Below are positions 34,301-34,444 of a stretch of 34,444 bases of DNA, in pieces; the stretch's first letter is position 1, and each line of letters begins with the position of its first letter. This DNA comes from a virus (Duplodnaviria; Caudoviricetes). The stretch lies in the IMG/VR virus record IMGVR_UViG_3300022666_000086, positions 1 to 34,444 of that record; one strand, written 5' to 3'. A program made the position numbers and the translations under genes. Below the pieces are notes generated by a model. That model was not told the DNA's origin and ran no database searches. It worked only from the letters and a program-made list of their open reading frames with translations.

Positions 34301-34444
34301 TCACGGGCGGAGCCATCCGCCCAGGATCAACAGCAGCCGGTCAAACTCCGCCGTGCTGCCTTCGAGGTGGAGGCCGGATGGGGTGACTGTGATAGCCGGG
34401 ATCTGGTTGGCGTTGCCGTCTTCCCACAAGTCGAGATCGATTAT
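34301..34444 (-). CDS. C-terminal fragment of a hypothetical protein (starts outside the window)
   Basis: Open frame IIDLDLWEDGNANQIPAITVTPSGLHLEGSTAEFDRLLLILGGWLRP* from the window edge. Confidence 0.5.
   Translation of the reverse strand: MIDLDLWEDGNANQIPAITVTPSGLHLEGSTAEFDRLLLILGGWLRP

Larger units (their letters stand above)
1..34444 (-). mobile_element. Tailed dsDNA virus/provirus (Caudoviricetes, contractile tail) morphogenesis module; host probably an archaeal methanogen
   Basis: Co-oriented, tightly packed terminase-portal-protease-MCP-neck-sheath-tube-chaperone-TMP-hub-spike order; both window ends cut through genes; no host housekeeping genes. Confidence 0.93.

Noticed and set aside
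1-34444. DGR template repeat, avd and reverse transcriptase; integrase/att; tRNA; CRISPR; intein in TerL
   Set aside because: No second VR-like copy, YxDD-type RT ORF, recombinase motif, cloverleaf or spaced repeat array was seen by eye; TerL is normal length.

Overview
Near-complete virion morphogenesis (late) region of a contractile-tailed (myovirus-like) dsDNA virus or provirus, almost entirely on the minus strand. Read right to left, it encodes a secreted beta-helix protein, small and large terminase, portal, a cluster of membrane/secreted proteins, minor head protein, protease/scaffold, cement, major capsid, head/neck fibres and adhesins, tail completion proteins, sheath, tube, chaperone, tape measure, baseplate hub and spike, and a truncated beta-helix tailspike. 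The host is probably an archaeal methanogen (Methanothrix/Methanosarcinales-like); this is inferred from GGAGG/GAGGTGA-type RBS, frequent TTG/GTG starts and the style of the secreted proteins, and is not proven. Main observations: (1) an Mtd-like C-type-lectin adhesin whose 3' end has a strong diversity-generating-retroelement variable-repeat signature, with no TR or RT in the window; (2) two paralogous beta-helix proteins, one virion-type and one signal-peptide-bearing, flanking the late operon; (3) a six-gene membrane/secreted cassette between portal and minor head gene that could be an unrecognised archaeal egress or surface-remodelling system; (4) an unannotated -1 frameshift tail chaperone; (5) a 14-residue Asp-anchored repeat shared by three tail proteins. 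No integrase, att site, tRNA or CRISPR was seen. All family assignments come from motif recognition by eye, not from database searches.
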